From Candidatus Spongiisociaceae bacterium (lineage in GTDB: Bacteria > Actinomycetota > Acidimicrobiia > Spongiisociales > Spongiisociaceae), in NCBI GenBank assembly GCA_965219685.1, contig CBDCOH010000002.1, forward strand, positions 3,200,001 to 3,264,000: a stretch of 64,000 nt of DNA. Direction: 5' to 3'. Shown here piece by piece: positions 1-9,441 of the stretch. The position numbers and the translations under genes are program-made. Each line of letters begins with the position of its first letter. Positions within the stretch are counted from its first letter, which is position 1. The notes beneath the pieces were generated by a model, which saw only the letters and a list, made by a program, of their open reading frames with translations, ran no database searches and was not told the origin of the DNA.

Positions 1-700
1 CGAGGTGGCTCTGCACCACTCTCGTCAGGTCGGCGCCGGCCTCGTCCAGCACCCCCAGCACCTCGAAGGGGGACTCGTCACCCGGAGCCGAGTGGGCGAT
101 GATGGCGCATCCCGTCTCCTGCTGGGCGATCGCCGCGGCGCGCAGGACCTTGCGTTCGACGGGGTCCATCGGGAAGGTCCCCATCCCGATCTCCCCGATC
201 ACGCCGGCCTTGAGATCGGTCCCGTCCATACCCACTGTGATGTCGTTGATCATCTCGGCGGCGAGGTCGTCCACGGATCTGGCTCCCGTGCGCGGAGGAT
301 GTGTCTCCTTTATGTAGTACCCGCATCCGGCGATCAGGTTCAAACCGGTCTGCGCTGCGAGCCACTCCAGGACCCGGACGTCGCGTCCCAGCCCGGGAGG
401 TGTCGCATCGACGATGGCGGCGCCACCGGCCTCCCGGTAGCGGAGCAGTTCGCCGGCCATCACCGGGGGATCGTCGATCAGCAGGTTGTCGCGTACCCCG
501 AACGGGCTGGCCTTGATCCGGCCGAGCCTCTCGGGAGCGAGAGGTAGGAAGGCCACCTCGGGATCGTCGGACGGACTCCAGTAGCAGCGCAGGTTCACCA
601 TCAGGTGCTCGTGGATCAGGGTGTTCCCGAGTTCGGATGCAGCAACCTGGCCTGTGACCGTCTGGACCTGGGATTCGGCCCGCTCCGCGCCGGTGCTCAT
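1..700 (-). CDS. Phosphotriesterase-family (PTE/PHP) amidohydrolase, runs off the window edge
   Basis: Manual translation from ATG at 700 gives MSTGAERAESQVQTVTGQVAASELGNTLIHEHLMVNL, the PTE-type TVTG...LG.TL.HEHL motif. It overlaps the upstream stop by 4 bp and is not in the ORF track because no stop lies in the window. Confidence 0.85.
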   Translation of the reverse strand, partial: MSTGAERAESQVQTVTGQVAASELGNTLIHEHLMVNLRCYWSPSDDPEVAFLPLAPERLGRIKASPFGVRDNLLIDDPPVMAGELLRYREAGGAAIVDATPPGLGRDVRVLEWLAAQTGLNLIAGCGYYIKETHPPRTGARSVDDLAAEMINDITVGMDGTDLKAGVIGEIGMGTFPMDPVERKVLRAAAIAQQETGCAIIAHSAPGDESPFEVLGVLDEAGADLTRVVQSHL

Positions 701-2028
701 AGAGCCGAGCGGAAGGAATCCAGTGCGGAGCCGAACCGTTCGACGGTCTCGTCGATCACCGCATCCGTGTGGGCGGCCGACGGGAAGAAGTTGCCGAAAC
801 CCGAGATGCGCACGCCTGCTGCCATGAGATGCGGCAGGAACTCGATTCTCCGGGCCTGGTCGGTCATCAGGACGTCACGGTGGTTACGCACCGCGGGGAG
901 GTCGGTGAACATCAGGTTGAAGATGGTCGGCAGGCCTTGGACGCGACCCGGTATGTCCTGGCCGGTCATCGCCTCGTTGAGTCCGCTCATGAGCCGCCGA
1001 CCGCGTGCCTCCATGGCCCCGTACAACTCCTCGCCACCCTCGTACAGGTGCTCGAGGGTGGCCCGGGCCGCCGCCATTGTGATGGGGGTGGCGTTGAAAG
1101 TCCCGGCATGCGTAACCTTGCCGGTCCCGATACCCGCCATCAGGTCGCGCCGGCCGGCCACACATCCCACGGGGAACCCCGAGGCGAGGGCCTTGCCCAT
1201 GGTCGTCAGGTCCGGAGTCACCCCGTAGCGGCCCTGGGCGCCTCCCAGGGAGGCCCGGAACCCGGTTATCACCTCGTCGAAGATCAGCACGATGCCGTGC
1301 TCGTCGCACACTCGGCGCACCACCTCCAGATAGCCGGGAACGGGCTCCACGACCCCGCTGTTGGCCATCACCGGCTCCATGATCACCGCGGCGATCTCGT
1401 GGCCATGGGCGGAGGTGAGCTCGCGGAGGGCTTCGGGGTCGTTCCAAGGCGCCACGATCAGAGTGCCGGCGGCGTCCGTGGCCACGCCGGCCGATTCCGG
1501 CACCGCCTCGGTACCGCGCCCGTCCGACCTGGTCTGCGAGCTGCTGCCCACATTGAAGAGGACGCTGTCGGCCCATCCGTGGTAATGGCCCTCGAACTTG
1601 AGCACGGTGTTGCGGCCGGTCGCGGCGCGCGCTATCCGGAGGGCGGCCTGTACCGCCTCGGTCCCGGTCATGTTGAACCGGACCACCTCGGCGGAAGGCA
1701 CCGTGCGTGTAATGAGCCGTGCTACCTCCACCTCCAACTCGTGCTGGGCGCCGTACAGGATGCCCTTCCCCAGTTGCTCCTCGACCGCCGCCGTGACGAA
1801 GGCGGGGCGGTGCCCGAGCAGCATCGGACCCTGACCCATCACGTAGTCGATGAGGCGATTCCCGTCGACGTCGTAAAGGTAGGGCCCCTCGCTCGCTTCG
1901 AAGAAGATCGGGTGGGGCTTCTCCCCCATGCGGACGTTGCTGTTGACGCCGCCCGGTATCACCTTCTTCGAGTCTTCGTGGAGGAGGCGCGAATTCCGGA
2001 AGGTCAGCTTTCCGTCACCGGCCTGCAC
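697..2028 (-). CDS. Class III PLP aminotransferase, glutamate-1-semialdehyde aminomutase-like
   Basis: Motifs IPGGVNS, DVDGNRLIDY, FEGHYHGW, LIFDEVITGFR, MGKALASG, HAGTFN. Confidence 0.9.
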   Translation of the reverse strand: MQAGDGKLTFRNSRLLHEDSKKVIPGGVNSNVRMGEKPHPIFFEASEGPYLYDVDGNRLIDYVMGQGPMLLGHRPAFVTAAVEEQLGKGILYGAQHELEVEVARLITRTVPSAEVVRFNMTGTEAVQAALRIARAATGRNTVLKFEGHYHGWADSVLFNVGSSSQTRSDGRGTEAVPESAGVATDAAGTLIVAPWNDPEALRELTSAHGHEIAAVIMEPVMANSGVVEPVPGYLEVVRRVCDEHGIVLIFDEVITGFRASLGGAQGRYGVTPDLTTMGKALASGFPVGCVAGRRDLMAGIGTGKVTHAGTFNATPITMAAARATLEHLYEGGEELYGAMEARGRRLMSGLNEAMTGQDIPGRVQGLPTIFNLMFTDLPAVRNHRDVLMTDQARRIEFLPHLMAAGVRISGFGNFFPSAAHTDAVIDETVERFGSALDSFRSAL

Positions 2029-2135
2029 GTTTCGCTCCTTTGGTCGTCCGCCACGAAATGGTAGTGGTGCGTCTGGAAGCTGGACGGAAACTGCCGATAG
2101 TATCCGAATTCCATAACCCGCCCCGGAGGTGTCAG

Positions 2136-3284
2136 GTGACGATCCCGAGACAACCCGCGTTCGGTCCGGGCGAGTTCCGGAGACGCTGGGAGAGGGTGCG
2201 CGCCGCTATGGAGGTAGTCGGCGTCGACCTACTGGTGACCTTCAGCCCGCACAATGTGTTCTACCTGACGGGTATGGACTCGGAGAACCTGTTCGACTAC
2301 CAGTGCGCAGTGCTGGGGTCCGACATGGACGCGCCGATGCTGGTCATCTTCGAGTTCGAGCTTGCCCGGGCCGAGAACTCGGTCGCGGTGGACGACATCC
2401 GGTCGTACGGTACCTTCGACGATCCGATCGCGTTCACGCTCGAACAGTTGACCGGGATGCCCGGAAGGAAGATCGCTCTGGACCGGAGCACCCTTCCCGT
2501 GGCCCGCTACGGGAGCCTCCTGGCCGGTCTCGACGGGTACGAACTCACCGACGCCTTCGGGTTGGTGGAGGGGGTGCGCCTCGTCAAGTCGGAAGACGAG
2601 TTGCGGCTCATGGAACGGGCCGCAGCGCTGACGGATGTAGGCGTCGCGGCGGCCACGGCCGAGATCGCCGAGGGAGTGGAGGACCGAGTGGTGGCGGCTG
2701 CGATCGTGGACGCCATGTACAGGGCCGGGAGCGACACTCTCTGCTGGGGCCCGATCGTGGCGGCCGGATACCGGGCCGGGGCAGCGCATAGCACCTTCAA
2801 CGGCCACCGCATCGGCCGAGGCGAGACGGTCTTCCTCGAGCTGACGGGGGAGGTGTCACGGTACGTGTCACCCCTGATGCGCACGGTGGTGGCGGGCGAA
2901 CCATCGGCCGGCATGATGCGGGTGGAGGCGGCGGTGACGGCCGCCCTGGAAGCCGTCCGGACGAACGCCCGACCGGGTGCTTCGGCTCGCGATGTCGCCG
3001 CTCGTGGTCTCGCCGCCCTCAATGGCGTCCTGGAGGGGCACGTATTCCACCACTACTTCGGATATCCGGTGGGAATCGGCTATCCCCCGAGTTGGATCGA
3101 AGCTCTCGGCTTCTTCATCCGCGCCGACAACGACCGGCCGCTTGAACGAGGGATGGCCTTTCACCTGCCGATGTCGATCAGGAAATACGGGGAGTACGGG
3201 GTGAACCTCAGCCACACCCTGGTGGTGGAAGAGGGCGGGGCCCGCGTCCTCGGATCATCGCCCGCCCGACTGGCCGTAGTGTGA
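2136..3284 (+). CDS. M24 (Xaa-Pro peptidase/creatinase/ectoine hydrolase-like) family protein
   Basis: Creatinase N-domain (RRRWERVRAAM...NVFYLTG), RLVKSEDE, HHYFGYPVGIGYPPSW. GTG at 2136 follows GGAGGT; the ORF track starts it at 2040. Confidence 0.85.
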   Translation: MTIPRQPAFGPGEFRRRWERVRAAMEVVGVDLLVTFSPHNVFYLTGMDSENLFDYQCAVLGSDMDAPMLVIFEFELARAENSVAVDDIRSYGTFDDPIAFTLEQLTGMPGRKIALDRSTLPVARYGSLLAGLDGYELTDAFGLVEGVRLVKSEDELRLMERAAALTDVGVAAATAEIAEGVEDRVVAAAIVDAMYRAGSDTLCWGPIVAAGYRAGAAHSTFNGHRIGRGETVFLELTGEVSRYVSPLMRTVVAGEPSAGMMRVEAAVTAALEAVRTNARPGASARDVAARGLAALNGVLEGHVFHHYFGYPVGIGYPPSWIEALGFFIRADNDRPLERGMAFHLPMSIRKYGEYGVNLSHTLVVEEGGARVLGSSPARLAVV

Positions 3285-3354
3285 GCCAGCCACTCCCCGT
3301 GGCAGTCCATGGACGAGCGGGTTCTGCAGAGTCACAGGTAAGGAGGGTGGAGGA

Positions 3355-4074
3355 GTGAAACGGTTCGGATACCTGTACCCCGGTTACGCCAGCGAGGACG
3401 ACTACCCGCTGATGGCCGCTTCCGTCGACCCGCCGGTCGAGAACCGGGTGTTCCACACAGAGGTGCCCGTGGATGCCCACCGCCCGGACGCTCTGCGGAT
3501 GGTGGGAGACCTCGAGTTGCTGCTGGAGCCGATGGATGATGTCCAAGCCTTCGGACCCGACGCGCTCTCGTGGGCCTGCACCAGCGGGAGCTTCATCTTC
3601 GGACCCGAAGGAGCCAAACGCCAAGTCGATGAGATCGAGAAGGCCTACGACATCCCGAGTTCCAGCACGTCGCTGGCCTTCCTGAGGGCCATCGACCACC
3701 TCGGAGTCGAGCGCGTGGCGGTGAGGGCAACGTACCCCGATGACGTGGCACGGATGTTCGGAGACTTCGTCGAAGCGGTCGGCGCAACGGTCCAATCGGT
3801 GGAGTGCCTGCACATCATCACCGGGGTGGAGGTCGGGACCCTCCGACCGGACCGCATCATCGACTTCGTGGCATCCACCACGACGCCGGATGTGGATGCG
3901 GTACTGGTTCCGGACACTGCAATGGCCACCGCCTCGTTCCTCGGTGACCTGGAGGAGGCCACCGGAGCCATCGTGCTCACCGCCAACCAGGTCACCATGT
4001 GGGACCTGATGCAGATGGCGGGCTGGGAGGGCGCATACCCCGGCGGCGGCACGCTCTTCACCGGACGACCCTAG
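3355..4074 (+). CDS. Maleate cis-trans isomerase / arylmalonate decarboxylase (Asp/Glu racemase) family protein
   Basis: WACTSGSF, ATYP and VLTANQVT motifs; GGAGGA RBS. Confidence 0.85.
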   Translation: MKRFGYLYPGYASEDDYPLMAASVDPPVENRVFHTEVPVDAHRPDALRMVGDLELLLEPMDDVQAFGPDALSWACTSGSFIFGPEGAKRQVDEIEKAYDIPSSSTSLAFLRAIDHLGVERVAVRATYPDDVARMFGDFVEAVGATVQSVECLHIITGVEVGTLRPDRIIDFVASTTTPDVDAVLVPDTAMATASFLGDLEEATGAIVLTANQVTMWDLMQMAGWEGAYPGGGTLFTGRP

Positions 4075-4440
4075 GGGAGTCGCCGCAGCCGCTCACCCTT
4101 ACCCGACCAGATCGCGAAAATCACCGCCGCCCATCCGTGCTACGGGCCTTCCCCCACCACCACCGTACCTGGGTTCGCAGCGCGGCCTGTTGCGCCCCTG
4201 ACGGGCGATCCGGCTCCGACATGATTGGCCCGCGGCGGTAGGATGACGTCCGGTTCGATCCGCCGGGTGTTGACGCTCCTCACTGTGCGACATAACTGTG
4301 ACAACGTCCACCCCCTCGTTGGGGCCCGAATCTCGCGACTCCGGCTCTGTACCCACCGATAGATCGTCCCACCCTCGCAGAATCCGGAGGAGGGCCGTGC
4401 GGCCGGTATCCTCGGTTCCGAAGCGACCGAGGTAGGCGAC
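4072..4440 (-). repeat. Dispersed ~380-bp intergenic element, copy 1 (reverse orientation, most diverged)
   Basis: Shares TGTCACAG, ATCATGT(TGT)CGGAGCC, GGGGGxxGGCCC and CGGYGATTTTCGCG blocks, in the same order, with the copies at 40627 and 58961. Ends are approximate. Confidence 0.6.
4282..4303 (-). promoter_or_regulatory. RecA-NDp/PafBC-like promoter motif TGTC-N12-CACAGT
   Basis: Same spacing as the actinobacterial TGTCRgtg-N8-TANNNT motif and conserved in all three element copies. Confidence 0.4.
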
Positions 4441-5199
4441 GTGGGAAGACTTGCTGGTAAGGCCGCCATCGTGACCGGTGGCGCGCGGGGCATCGGCCGG
4501 GCCATCGCCACACGGTTTCTCCAGGAGGGAGCACGCGTGCTCATCTGCGACATCCTCGAGGAACGGCTCTCGGAGACGGTCGGGGAACTGGCCGAACTCG
4601 GCGAGGTTCACGGCCACGCGGGGGATCTGAGCCGCAAGGGTGTCTGCGAGGCTGCGGTCCGCCGGGCGGTCGGGTTGTTCGGTGGCCTCCACATCGTGGT
4701 CAACAACGCAGGCATCGCCCGGTGGGCGCCCTTCCTGGACCACTCCGAGGAGGACTGGGACCGGACCTTCGACGTCAATCTCAAGGCGGTCTTCCTGCTC
4801 AGCCAGCAGGCGGCCCGGGTGATGGTTGAACAGGGCGAGGGCGGGGTGATCCTCAGCATGGCTTCCAACAACGGCCACGTGCCCGAGCCGGAGGTGGCGG
4901 CCTACAACGCCTCGAAGGGTGGGGTGGTGCTGCTCACCAAGACGATGGCGATCGAACTGGCCAAGTACAACATCCGGGCCAACAGCATCGCGCCCGGCCA
5001 CATAGGACCGACCGACCTGTCCCTGGAGGGTGGCGCCGACGAGACCTTCTTCGAGACTCTGAAGGACGGGATCCCTCTGGGCCGCCTGGGAAAGCTGGAG
5101 GAGGTTGCCGCTCTCTACACGTTCCTGGCCTCCGACGAGGCGCAGTTCATCAACGGCCACAGCATCATCATCGACGGGGGCCAGACAGCCGGCCAGTAA
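4441..5199 (+). CDS. SDR family NAD(P)-dependent oxidoreductase
   Basis: TGGARGIG, VNNAG and YNASKGG motifs. Confidence 0.93.
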   Translation: MGRLAGKAAIVTGGARGIGRAIATRFLQEGARVLICDILEERLSETVGELAELGEVHGHAGDLSRKGVCEAAVRRAVGLFGGLHIVVNNAGIARWAPFLDHSEEDWDRTFDVNLKAVFLLSQQAARVMVEQGEGGVILSMASNNGHVPEPEVAAYNASKGGVVLLTKTMAIELAKYNIRANSIAPGHIGPTDLSLEGGADETFFETLKDGIPLGRLGKLEEVAALYTFLASDEAQFINGHSIIIDGGQTAGQ

Positions 5200-5305
5200 C
5201 CCGGGACTACCGAATGAGCGTCCTCGTAGTATAGCTCTAACTTATTATTTATGATATAGTGATTATATTCCGATAGAAAACGTTGCAGAGGTAGGAGGAG
5301 CCACG

Positions 5306-5662
5306 ATGGGTATATTCGCCTGGCCGTTGCGAGTATCGAGCCCGGACGGCGAGCGCACGCTGGACATCGAGGCAATGGTGGACACCGGCGCCTCGTACAC
5401 CGTCCTGCCTTGCCGAATGCTCGATCAGTTGGGAATCGAACCGACGCGCAAGCTCACATTCGAGTTGGCCGACGGGCAGCCCAAGGTGATGGATGTGGGG
5501 AGCGCTCGGGTTACGATCGACGGCTCCACCCACGTGACCCCGGTCGCTTTCGGAGTGGATGGCACGGACGCGCTGCTCGGCGCGGTCACCTTGCAGGAAC
5601 TGGCTCTAGTCGTCGACTCCTTTAGGGAGAGGCTCGTACCTGCGGAAACCCTTCGCTACTAG
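5306..5662 (+). CDS. Retropepsin-like (clan AA) aspartyl protease
   Basis: VDTGASYT catalytic motif, LADG flap, ALLGAVTL; strong RBS and AT-rich upstream region. Confidence 0.85.
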   Translation: MGIFAWPLRVSSPDGERTLDIEAMVDTGASYTVLPCRMLDQLGIEPTRKLTFELADGQPKVMDVGSARVTIDGSTHVTPVAFGVDGTDALLGAVTLQELALVVDSFRERLVPAETLRY

Positions 5663-5905
5663 ACGAGTAGTTCCAAGCCATCCGACTGAAGCGATCACAC
5701 TGAACGATCAGCACACAATATGCGCAACACAGCTGTGACTCGAATGCATCCGTCTCCCTTGCGGGTCCCCCTGCCTTCTGTTCTCGAGTGAGGTACCACA
5801 CTCGGCGCGACATGAACTCGGACCGCCCTTTGCTCAGCCGGTATGACATTCCGATCTAGCGCTAACCACCGATCACCAACTATCGACTAACAACTACTCA
5901 TCTAG
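5659..5905. mobile_element. Putative MITE with terminal inverted repeats
   Basis: CTAGACGAGTAGTT at 5659-5672 and AACTACTCATCTAG at 5892-5905 are 13/14 inverted matches, with CTAG at both ends and a non-coding lower-GC interior. Confidence 0.5.
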
Positions 5906-6014
5906 CTCGGTCCGAGCATCGCCCAGACGACGCCCACTGCGATCTTGTGACAGAATGCGGGGTCAGCGGAACGGCTGCGACAGTCCTCGCGCTCTCCTAC
6001 CAGGAGGTCTCGGA

Positions 6015-7430
6015 ATGATCCTCTTCGACAATTGCAGGTACCTGATCACGACGCCGAACCCGGAGGGCGTCATCGAGGGTGGATGGGTTCTCGTCGACGG
6101 GCCCCTCATCCACTCTGCCGGCGGGCCCGGCGACTCCCCAGCCGACGGGTCGGTACCCGAGGGCGTCGAGGTCGTGGACTGTAGCGACAAAATGGTGATG
6201 CCCGGGATGGTCGACAGCCACAACCACCTTGCCAACTATCCCTACAACCTGCTTCCCGGCATCGATCCCTCGTCGATGGACTTCAACGGGATATCGGAGT
6301 GTCTGGAGAAGCTCATCTGGCCCGCCTACACGTGGGCCACCGACGCGAGCACCTACGACCTGACCGTGCTGGCGATGTGCAACGCCATCAAACACGGGAC
6401 CACCACCATCACCAGCGCGTTCCCTTGGCCCGACGCCACCTACCGGGCCGGGGTGACATCGGGGATCAGAACCATCATCCAACCCCAAGCGGTCAGCAAC
6501 GTGGCGCTCGGTGACGGCCTGGACGACGAGGGATACCTCGCCCAGACCGAGGAGGCGATCCGGAACTACCACAACGCCGAGGACGGGCGGATCCAGGTGG
6601 CGGCGCATCCCCACACCACCTACTCCTGTTCGGAGCGACTGCTGCTCGGCTGCATGGAGTTGGCCGAGCGCTACGACGTGGGATTCGCCATCCACATGCT
6701 CGAAAGCATCGAGGATCGCCACCTATCGGACGCCCAGTTCGCCGAATGGGGAGGCATCATCAACTACTTCCACGCGAAGGGACTGCTCCAGGAACGAACG
6801 CTGTTCTTCCACTGCGACCAGATGAACATGCGCGAGGCCGAGATGATTGCGGAGGCGGGGGTCGCCATCTCCCACAACCCGCAATCCAACGCCACCTATC
6901 ACGGCTCGGTCGCCGACGTTCCTACGCTGCGGGCCGCCGGCGTAACCCTCGGCCTCGGCACCGACATGCCCGCCGGGAACCTGTTCGACAATATGTACAC
7001 CGCGTTCATCGTCAACGCCACGGTCCCCCCCGACCAGGAGGCGCAGTACGAACCCTGGGTGCCGCTCGAGTTGGCAACCATCGGGGGTGCCAGGGCACAG
7101 CGACTGGGCGACAAGATCGGCACGCTCGAGGCCGGCAAGCGGGCGGACCTGATCACCGTCGACCTGAGCCGCAACACGACCCTGCACCCGCTCAACGCCG
7201 GGAACCTCCTCTTCTGGCTGGTGAGCCAGGGAGCGGGTACGGTCGTGGAGGAGTCGATGGTCGACGGAAGGTTCCTGAGGCGAGACGGGGAGTTCACGGA
7301 ACTGGACGAAGAAGCGATCATCGCCCGCTCCTACGAGTGGATGGCCAACTTCGAGTCGTGGTACCGCCACCGGACGGCGACCGGGCAGGCCGTAACCGTC
7401 AGGAAGTACCCCGACTACGAGAGGCGCTAG
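6015..7430 (+). CDS. Amidohydrolase family protein (MTA/SAH deaminase, AtzA-like)
   Basis: MPGMVDSHNH, IHMLES, LGLGTD, ATIGGA, GTLEAGKRADL; ATG at 6015 after AGGAGG. Confidence 0.9.
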   Translation: MILFDNCRYLITTPNPEGVIEGGWVLVDGPLIHSAGGPGDSPADGSVPEGVEVVDCSDKMVMPGMVDSHNHLANYPYNLLPGIDPSSMDFNGISECLEKLIWPAYTWATDASTYDLTVLAMCNAIKHGTTTITSAFPWPDATYRAGVTSGIRTIIQPQAVSNVALGDGLDDEGYLAQTEEAIRNYHNAEDGRIQVAAHPHTTYSCSERLLLGCMELAERYDVGFAIHMLESIEDRHLSDAQFAEWGGIINYFHAKGLLQERTLFFHCDQMNMREAEMIAEAGVAISHNPQSNATYHGSVADVPTLRAAGVTLGLGTDMPAGNLFDNMYTAFIVNATVPPDQEAQYEPWVPLELATIGGARAQRLGDKIGTLEAGKRADLITVDLSRNTTLHPLNAGNLLFWLVSQGAGTVVEESMVDGRFLRRDGEFTELDEEAIIARSYEWMANFESWYRHRTATGQAVTVRKYPDYERR

Positions 7431-7451
7431 GCCTGTCCCTGCACGCTCGGG

Positions 7452-8348
7452 ATGGTACGGAGTCGGGCCGTGACGGATTCCGTCGAGGACCAGAGACTTC
7501 TCCCAGCCCTTAGCGCGCTCGGATCCGGCGATGCCGATGCGCTGCGGGGAATCCTCGACGGCGACCCGGACTTGGTGAACCTTCCGGTCGGCGACTCCAC
7601 CATGCTCGAGTTGATGACCCAGCCCGATGCCGGATCGCCCTCACCCGAGACCGTCGCCGTGCTCGTCGACGCCGGCGCCACGTTGGATCGGGCCCTGAAT
7701 CTCGCCGCCTGCTGGAACCTGGCGGAACTCTGCTCTCAGCTGCTCGCGGCGGGCGCCGATCCGGCCGCCCGCGCCGACGCCGGCATCACTCCGCTGGAGT
7801 CCGCCGCCATGCACAGCTCCACCGAGGCTGCCGATGTCCTGGTCGAACACGGCGTCCACCGGCGCACGCTGTGGCTGGCTGCGGCCTCGGGTCTGCTGCC
7901 AATGGTCCGGAACTGGGTGGCGGGGGACGGGTCACTAATGGCGGATCCGGGCCCCTACCGGCCGGACTGGGCCGCCGTGGGCCGTCCGGCCGGTGGTCGG
8001 CGTACGGATGACCCGGCCGAGATCGTCGGCGAGGCCTTCGTGTTCGCCGCCGCCAACGACCGCCACCATGTCGTCGATTACCTGCTGGACACAGGCGCGG
8101 ATGTCGACGCGCGTCCGTACCGGAACACGACCGGATTGCATCTCGCCATCCAGTTCCGGCGGCCGAGGATGGTACGGCTTCTCCTGGAAAGGGGCGCATC
8201 CGTCACCATCGAGGACGACAATCACCGGTCGGATGCCTCCGGCTGGGCGCGCGCCTGCGACGACGGTAGCGACGAGGCCATCGGTATACGCCGGATGGTG
8301 CGATCCGCCCGTTCTCGCAAAGGCCTCGCGCCGCAACGAGCCCCGTGA
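7452..8348 (+). CDS. Ankyrin repeat domain protein
   Basis: Ankyrin-like units GITPLESAA, LLAAGADP, TTGLHLAI...LLLERGAS. Confidence 0.8.
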   Translation: MVRSRAVTDSVEDQRLLPALSALGSGDADALRGILDGDPDLVNLPVGDSTMLELMTQPDAGSPSPETVAVLVDAGATLDRALNLAACWNLAELCSQLLAAGADPAARADAGITPLESAAMHSSTEAADVLVEHGVHRRTLWLAAASGLLPMVRNWVAGDGSLMADPGPYRPDWAAVGRPAGGRRTDDPAEIVGEAFVFAAANDRHHVVDYLLDTGADVDARPYRNTTGLHLAIQFRRPRMVRLLLERGASVTIEDDNHRSDASGWARACDDGSDEAIGIRRMVRSARSRKGLAPQRAP

Positions 8349-8385
8349 TCGCCGAACCCGTCCCGCCTCGTTGAGAGACGGCAGC

Positions 8386-9111
8386 GTGCCGTCGGGAGCA
8401 GGTCCTCGTCCATACCGGCGGGATTGCCTCATCTTGGGGGTCGCGGTCTGGGTGACGGGGGTGACGTTCGGGGTGTTCGCCGACGCGGCGGGTCTCGACC
8501 TGTCCAGGATCGTGGTGATGTCGGCACTCATGTTCACCGGGGCTTCGCAGTTCGCGGCGGTGGGTGTGATCAACGACGGTGGCACCGGCGGCGCGGCGGT
8601 CGGCGCGGCCCTGCTCCTGGCAGCCCGCAACACCCTCTACGCACCGGTGGTGCGGCCGGCCCTACCCGCCTCGACCTCGGCCCGGCTGGTGGGAGCCCAC
8701 TTCATCGTCGACGAGACCACCGCCATGGCCGCCGCCCAGACCGACCGCCGTCATGCCTCGGGAGCCTTCCGGTTCATGGCGGTCACGCTGTGGCTCTCCT
8801 GGAATCTGGGCTCGGTGGCCGGGGCGATAACCGGCTCCTTGGTGGGAACCCCCGAGACATGGGGGCTCGACGCTGCTTTCCCGGCCGTCTTCGTCGCACT
8901 GGCGGCCACCCACCTCCGTACGGCGGCCGGCAGGATCACCGCAGCCATCGCGGCCGTCGTAGCGCTCGGCGCGGTACCGTTCACCGCACCGGGGATCCCG
9001 ATCCTGCTGTCCGTGCTCGCCCTGCCGACCGCGCTGTTCGTTCTAGCCCGCCGGCGGCCGCCGTCGAGTGACGGAGACGGACGGGCCGGCAGGTCGGGGA
9101 CTGCATCGTGA
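8386..9111 (+). CDS. azlC: AzlC family branched-chain amino acid export permease
   Basis: MSALMFTGASQFA, DETTAMA, GLDAAFPAVF; start uncertain. Confidence 0.85.
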   Translation: MPSGAGPRPYRRDCLILGVAVWVTGVTFGVFADAAGLDLSRIVVMSALMFTGASQFAAVGVINDGGTGGAAVGAALLLAARNTLYAPVVRPALPASTSARLVGAHFIVDETTAMAAAQTDRRHASGAFRFMAVTLWLSWNLGSVAGAITGSLVGTPETWGLDAAFPAVFVALAATHLRTAAGRITAAIAAVVALGAVPFTAPGIPILLSVLALPTALFVLARRRPPSSDGDGRAGRSGTAS

Positions 9112-9407
9112 GCTGGCTATCGATCGCCTTGCTCGTGGCAGGCTGCTACGCCTTCAAGGCTCTGGGGGTAACCGCATTCGGCAGCTTCGCCGAACGCCGG
9201 TTCGGCCAGGTCGTGGCGCTGCTTCCGGCCGCGCTGTTTACCGCCCTCGTGGTGGTCCTAACCTTCGAGGAGGCAGGTCTCCTGGTTGTCGACGCCCGGG
9301 CCGCGGGTGTGGCCACCGGGGCTCTGGCCGCCTGGCGCAAGGCACCCCTAATCGTCGTCGTGCTGACCGCGATGGGGGTAACCGCCGTCATCCGGGCCCT
9401 GTCCTGA
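9108..9407 (+). CDS. azlD: AzlD domain membrane protein
   Basis: Small hydrophobic protein overlapping the azlC stop (GTGA); LLPAALFTALV motif. Confidence 0.8.
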   Translation: MSWLSIALLVAGCYAFKALGVTAFGSFAERRFGQVVALLPAALFTALVVVLTFEEAGLLVVDARAAGVATGALAAWRKAPLIVVVLTAMGVTAVIRALS

Positions 9408-9441
9408 ACGTCTGGCTGTTGTCGCCCGACCCGGAGTCGGG

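Noticed and set aside
697-2028. hemL assignment
   Set aside because: Two divergent paralogs occur in catabolic contexts with no heme genes, so the symbol is withheld.
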